Positions 32,191 to 38,616 of a DNA stretch of 38,616 nt are shown in pieces (positions within the stretch are counted from its first letter, which is position 1; each line of letters opens with the position of its first letter). This stretch comes from Octopus bimaculoides (lineage: Eukaryota): contig NC_068981.1 of NCBI RefSeq assembly GCF_001194135.2, positions 41,693,937 to 41,732,552 on the forward strand, written 5' to 3'. Position numbers and translations under genes: made by a program. A model generated the notes under the pieces. The model searched no databases, was not told the DNA's origin, and saw only the letters and a program-made list of their open reading frames with translations.

Positions 32191-35100
32191 TGTGGTGTAC
32201 GACCTGTTGCTCTGATAGAAAAAAAAAAAATTCCCCACAAATGATTTCAATACAGTTTTAACAGAAAGATTTGGAAGAATTAGATGAAAGCTCTCCGATA
32301 ATTTTCTTTCACATAAATAATTGTTTATGTTAATTTTAAAATTTGTCAGCAAAATTTTATAAAATGACAATGTTCTAAAAGATGTACATGTTTATATGCT
32401 ATATATGAAAATAAAATAGTTGTACAAAATAACACGTTTAGAAGGAATATGAATTAACATAGCTTCAGCCATAACCATTCTGGTTTTCAGGGCTTTTAGC
32501 AGACTTCTTTCTGCTGCAAGTACTCAGCCCAGATCTCCGCTCTGAGGATAACTCAGTTATTTGATGTTTTGCTTCGCAAGCTCTGTACAGAATAATGGAT
32601 GCTCTTTGTTCTTCATTCTGTAACTAAGGTATTAATGATGATAATGGTAATGAAAGCAGTGAAATAAAAGAAACAGGAGAATAACAGAGAATACAATATT
32701 CATTTTACGCCCCTTACGAATCTACCTTTCATCCTTCGGCAAAATCGGTAAGTCACATAATGGTATTGACCTGTGCTAATGTCCATTCATGGATTATGGC
32801 TCTGAGTCGAAGTTAAAAATTATTGATCATGATGATGATAATGATAATGATAACGATAAAATTACTGGCGCAAGGGAAACAACTGTAAAAGATTATGTTA
32901 TTACAATTATTTCCCTTACACTATGACTAAGTTGTCTTTATTTATTTATTTTTTTCTGCATTATGCGCACTAAATTTTCGGGACAAAATTTAGCAAAAAG
33001 AAGTAACTAAAATGGGCCGATGGCACGAATTCGTATAAATGACTTTTGGCGTCCAAGACCCAAGTCCACACCCATCTATATCGTCTTTTATGTTCTAAAA
33101 ATTTCTGTTTCGGAAACCTTACTGGAGTTAATGTTTCTAAATTTTAAACACTCTGAGAGGGAGTCGTTGCCTGCTAATTGGATAGATAATCTCCGGTTAA
33201 TCGAAGTGTTTTTAACCTACTGTTTTACATATGAAACTCTTTCTTCTGTTACTATCATCATCAGTTGGCGGTAGGCTGGACGAGTGAATTGTAATGAATT
33301 GTTAAATAATGAAACCTATCAATTTATCATTCATCCTAAGCTATTGAAAAGCCCATCTTGGGTCAATTTCGCAACGACACTAAATGCAAATAAACTGTGA
33401 CTGTGTATTCATTTTCATTGAAATCTCAATAAAATTAAAATCACCTTTATTCCTATGATATCTATGAAATAATAACCAGTCTCGATTTGACAGACGATCA
33501 GTGACATCTGCAGCATACTTCGAGATGGAAGTGGCTGCCTAAACAACTGTCACTGGCTATTCTCCACGGCCATACTACAGCAGTCATTACTGCGGTGCAC
33601 GACTGAACACGCCATTTGTTCTGGGGTATGTTGTCCATCGCCTCTTCTTCTCCATCTTCTGTTGCTTTACCCCCACCTCACCCATTTTCCTTTCTTTTCC
33701 CCCTTCTGATCTTTTCCCTGTTTCTTTGTATCTAAATGTTATGAATAAATAGAGATTATTTTGTCTATCAAGTGTATGTCCAATTTTGAAGATTTTCATT
33801 TGATCTCAGTAATTATCTCTCAGATTCTAAACAAATGAAGCGAACTTTTATTCAAAGTTAATTGTTTTGGAAAACTCTATTGTGACTACCTAACTATTTA
33901 TTAACTATTAGTACCCGTGAAAATTCCCCGGTTATTTTGAAAACTGTAAGATTGTTGGAATTATGTAAAATCCACAGTTTATTGAAGCTTCTCTCACTGA
34001 GATTGTGGGTACATGTTCAGCCAAAAGACCTTTTTCCGATATGAAAATAAGAATTAGTAAATACAGCTTAAGATTTGTTAAAACGTTGCCAACATTGTCG
34101 TATCGTGTCAGAATAATACTATAGATAGATTATTTTTTAGATTGCCCATAGTTAAGATGGGTTGTTGAAAGGGTTACATGTGTAGGCCATAAACAAACCG
34201 CAGCAGAATATCATAAGTGTATCTTTTCTTCGTAAGCACTGGAGTCATATTTTTTTTTAGAACAACCGAAGGATTCAATTTCAATTATAGGTATTCACTT
34301 TTAGGCAAGGTAAAGTTGACTTCAGAGAGATGTTAATACAAGCAGAAAATTCCATAAGCAAGACACAGTAAAATATTGGACTCGGGTTTATGAGAGTATC
34401 ATCAATTATTCTTCAAACTAATGAGGGAGTCTCTATGTGATGGTACAAACTGGTAAAGGAACTTTTAATTCAGTAGTGGTAAGACAATCGCTCGTGGGTG
34501 AAGTTTTGCTCACACTTTCGAGAGGATCATGGAAAGGATCTTTTCTGTTTGGCTGTACTTGGTAACAGCTTGGCTTGTTACTATGGAAGCAGGAACCTAT
34601 ATGTTTGCGACTTTCGATTGACTAAAATTACCAAAAATTTGCAAGCTTTAAAAGTTATTAACTCCTTATTTGATTTATGACAAAAACGAATTTCATGTCA
34701 ATGATTACCATACGAAACTACACCAATACACCAAATATGAAATCAAAACAAAAATTGAAGAAATTGAAAAGTGGCAGCCAAACAGAAAAGATCCCTTAGA
34801 AAAATGGCACGATATGAAATTATCAAAATTCGACTAAATCTAAAAACTCAACATAAAATATTCTCTATAGCTTCTTCACAATCTGCTGAAGTGGTTCTCT
34901 TCCCGATATATTTAGGCACCATGTAGTTAAAGGGAAGAAATTAATGAAATTAATCATTATTCATTTTGACCCACTTTAGACATTTTTNNNNNNNNNNNNN
35001 NNNNNNNNNNNNNNNNNNNNNNNNNNNNNNNNNNNNNNNNNNNNNNNNNNNNNNNNNNNNNNNNNNNNNNNNNNNNNNNNNNNNNNNNNNNNNNNNNNNN

Positions 35101-35481
35101 NNNNNNNNNNNNNNNNNNNNNNNNNNNNNNNNNNNNNNNNNNNNNNNNNNNNNNNNNNNNNNNNNNNNNNNNNNNNNNNNNNNNNNNNNNNNNNNNNNNN
35201 NNNNNNNNNNNNNNNNNNNNNNNNNNNNNNNNNNNNNNNNNNNNNNNNNNNNNNNNNNNNNNNNNNNNNNNNNNNNNNNNNNNNNNNNNNNNNNNNNNNN
35301 NNNNNNNNNNNNNNNNNNNNNNNNNNNNNNNNNNNNNNNNNNNNNNNNNNNNNNNNNNNNNNNNNNNNNNNNNNNNNNNNNNNNNNNNNNNNNNNNNNNN
35401 NNNNNNNNNNNNNNNNNNNNNNNNNNNNNNNNNNNNNNNNNNNNNNNNNNNNNTATACTCTTTATTTGTGGGTTAACAAGG

Positions 35482-35680
35482 TAACCAATGGTTTCATGCG
35501 AAGACATCTTTACAATTGTTCAAGTGTGTAACAAGGAAGTGCTGATACTCGTCTCCATTTTGAATGAGAATACACGAAGTTACTTCATGTATTCTCCTAC
35601 AAAATGGATGAGAATGCAAACACTTCCACGTGGCACACTTGAATAATTGTAAAGACGTCTTTGCATGGAACCATTGGTTA
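35482..35680. mobile_element. Palindromic TA-flanked MITE (99-bp arms, 1-nt spacer)
   Basis: TAACCAATGG...GAAGT-T-ACTTC...CCATTGGTTA; about 80 of 99 positions complementary by manual count. Confidence 0.85.
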
Positions 35681-36518
35681 GCGTATGCGTGCGTGCGTGT
35701 GTATTCGTGCATCTTTATCTATTTTTCTATGTAAAAAGCTGCTTTAAATAATATTTTTTCCATTGTTTTCATAATTTTTTCTTCCTGGCAATGAAAATAG
35801 CCAATGAATTTGAATGCTGACTGGATGCTTTACAGTTTGTAGTTCGATGTTTTATATCAGGATCGATTTTATTTCGCTTGGATCAATGAAACAAGTACTA
35901 ATAAAATGCTATAAGTAGATTTATTTGGCTATATACATCCCCCTAAAAACATTGACCTTGTATCTCCTTCTCAGAAATCAATATCTTAAACATTTGGTCT
36001 ATAATACAACTATTACTACTGTAGAGTGGATTTCAAGTTGCATTTTGTCGATGTTCCATCGCGGTATAATATTAAAAAAATTCTATCGTAAACATAGATT
36101 TCTGTAATAAGTCAATTTTCATAAAAGTAATTACAATGTTTTAATGAGTATATTACTGGTATTTTGTATTTATCATTTGAGGGTTGGACAAAATGGCTGT
36201 TGTTCATCTGAGATGAATTGCCGCCGATATCAATTCTGTTTTTGTCCTTTTGAGTATCGATAAAGTACTAATGAAGTACTGAAGTCGAGTTCTATAATAC
36301 ATCCTAAATATAAATGGAATTATAATTGAAGATAAGAGCATGAAAGATAAAATGAACCCAACAGAACTTGAAATAATAACAACGAGGTATAGAATTAAAT
36401 ATAAGTTTCTTTTGACATGAATTAATATTAGTCTGGTGTTTTATTGTTTCTGTCCATTCTGTTGCCTTATATAAATTCTAATTTAACATTAAATAACTTG
36501 TCAGGCTTTAGTTAAGGG

Positions 36519-36777
36519 CAGTGGTTCTTCTCAACCATTTTTACCTATGGACGGACCCCTTTGGTTCCTGTTTTACTCGGATGGACCCCTATAAGCAGTC
36601 AATGTTTAAAACATCCTATTATATTTTTATAACTAAATATTATTAGAAATTGTATTAAAAAGATAGTTAAAATATTCTGTGTATCGTAGAAGTGTAACCG
36701 ATTAATAGCACAAAATTCTCACAATAAAATCTTATATGGGCCCGTAAAGGTCGTGTGGGGCCCCTTGGGAACCACTG
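36519..36777. mobile_element. hAT (Charlie-like) MITE
   Basis: CAGTGGTTC ... GAACCACTG termini; 8-bp TSD GTTAAGGG / GTTTAGGG. Confidence 0.8.
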
Positions 36778-37199
36778 GTTTAGGGCAACAAACCCAGAGA
36801 TTATAAACAAAGAGATGACTTCATAGTTTGTATGATTGTTGAATTGTTTCAAGTCATAGGGGAGAGAGAACAGCTACACAATTTAGAGAAAAGAAATGAA
36901 ATTTTGACAGCATTATTAAATATGAATGATTAACAAACAAATAAATAAATTGCTAATTACATTCACTCTCTGGGGAATATGTTTTAACAGATATATTGGA
37001 AAATATGACTATTCATTACATAGCAGGGTAAAACTATAGCTTGAATTTCAGTAAAACACATTCTAAAAAAGTTCGATATTAGTGAAAAGATAAAAGATTC
37101 GGGAATGGGGAAAAATTTAATCGAAAGAAGAGAGAAATGAAGAGAAGACAGGAAAAGAAGGTTGTGGGGGGGGGGGNNNNNNNNNNTGGGGGGGGGGGG

Positions 37200-37336
37200 G
37201 TCAAGTATAACAGTACTGAGAGGGAAAGAGAGACAGACAGAGAAATAGAAACAAAGACAGACAGAGAGTGAGAGAGAGACATACATATTTGCAAACAGAG
37301 ACATAAGACAGGGTGAGAGAGAAAGTGACATACAGA

Positions 37337-37372
<36 letters not shown>

Positions 37373-37740
37373 AAAAGAGAGAGAGACAAAAAGAGAGAGA
37401 GACAAAAAGAGAGAGAAGAGGAGAAACTGCGAGGAAAAGGAGATTTGAGCACCCATTGGTTAATTTCTGGCTGACGTAATAGACAATGCGGTTTTAGCAG
37501 ACGATGAACGAAGGTTAAGAACAGTAAAATAATTGAACATTTGGCAACAACGTTTAAGTAATCTTTCCAACACCTTGCTTCCTACATTTTATATAATTCA
37601 ACACTTAATGTTTGTTATGTAGTAGTAGTAGTAGTAGTAGTTGTTGTTGTTCTTGTAGTAGTAGTAGTAGTAATAGTAGTAGTAGCAGCAGCAGTAGCAG
37701 CTGTAGTAGCAGTAGTAATGGTGGTGGAGGCGGTGGTTTT
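37200..37740. repeat. (GA)n-rich tract and (GTA/GTT/GCA)n microsatellites
   Basis: Visible at 37215-37440 and 37618-37740. Confidence 0.9.
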
Positions 37741-38429
37741 TGTCTTTTTTTTTTGTGATTTTCCATTTGCATTCTTCATTCTCCCTTTTGTTTGTCTTCT
37801 GTTTTATTTTTTTATCACTTGAAGTGGGGTGGGTTTACAATGAATAAAGTGACAAAATTTCACCCTGTGGTCATTATAATCTGTGACAGCAATGATGTAG
37901 AGGGCAAAAGACGTGCAATATCAGCTACATTGAAATAACCTGACTTAATGTTTTTAGTAAAAATTTTACAAAAGGCCTGACGTCGATAAAGAAAAAAAAA
38001 TCACTAATAATAAATATCAATATCATATAAATTACTCTAATATCTCCTAACCATATAAAAAGAAGTCTTAGATATAAGATGAAATCTATTATGAATGCGC
38101 ACATACACGTGTACACATGTATAAACATGAACATAAAGACATACATACACGCATACAAATACACACACACACATACACATGCTCAGCCAAAACAAGTGCA
38201 CGTTTATTCAAAAGCACACCTATATATATTTGCACACGTCAACCATTTCTGCTAACCACAAACCCGAAGATCTGTCTTGACTTAAACTAAAGAGCTTTGC
38301 CACTCCATTTAATAACTGGTTTAAATACTGCAAAAAAAAAAAAAATTACGTGTGTGTGCGCGCGTGTGTGTGTGTGTATATCTATTAATGAAAAATGTGG
38401 CCCCCGTTTTAAAAAAGATCCTATATATA

Positions 38430-38616
38430 TAGGCAGAATTCACCAAAATAAAACAGACGAAGACAGGTGGTGTTGAAAACAAATAGATGTATTAGTATAA
38501 CGCTCGGGAATTGAGAAAGTCTTTAACGTTTCGAGCCTACGCTCTTCTACAGAAAGGAACACGGAAAGAAACAAGGAGAGAAAACAATGTGTGTAGTGGT
38601 CAGCGATCTATCATGG
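38430..38616 (-). mobile_element. Penelope-pLTR-like repeat (continues past the window end)
   Basis: Carries an HHR-like motif at 38521-38556; CpG-retaining, young-looking sequence after microsatellites. Confidence 0.5.
38521..38556 (-). ncRNA. Minimal hammerhead-like motif with variant core (CUGUAGA)
   Basis: CUUU-CUGUAGA-A-GAGC(GUAG)GCUC-GAAAC-GUU/AAAG: 4-bp stem I, 4-bp stem II with tetraloop, same loopless stem III; A6 replaced by U. Confidence 0.55.

Noticed and set aside
32720-32756. Plus-strand donor CG|GTAAGT
   Set aside because: Sits in a decayed SINE core (CCTTTCATCCTTCGG); no supporting exon.
33000-33610. Telomerase RNA or H/ACA snoRNA
   Set aside because: No CUAACCCU template upstream and H-box geometry does not fit.

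Overview
AT-rich, repeat-dense animal genomic DNA with five assembly gaps. The SINE, LINE and MITE repertoire matches what I recognise from octopus (coleoid cephalopod) draft scaffolds; this species assignment is an inference. The one firmly supported gene is a divergent, intact alpha-tubulin on the minus strand: exons 29205-29427 and 24511-25643 plus an ATG-only first exon whose position is uncertain, 452 aa in total. It has Gln at the Lys40 acetylation position, remodelled luminal and lateral-contact loops and an unusual C-terminal tail. Splice signals and phases suggest parts of two further minus-strand genes (first exon 9852-9957 with a possible exon at 704-765; exons 19606-19650 and 17647-17734 ending in CSIV-stop), both tentative. 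The rest is mobile DNA: tRNA-derived SINEs, RTE, R4/Dong-like and CRE-like non-LTR fragments, mariner relics, piggyBac/hAT/TA-target MITEs, a probable solo LTR and microsatellites. The most interesting signal is a tRNA-headed (Pol III A/B box) SINE-like element carrying a minimal type-I hammerhead ribozyme of the Penelope pLTR kind. It occurs as two head-to-head copies at about 11.85-12.35 kb, and a second hammerhead family with the same architecture lies at 38.5 kb. No CRISPR, rRNA or bona fide tRNA genes were found.
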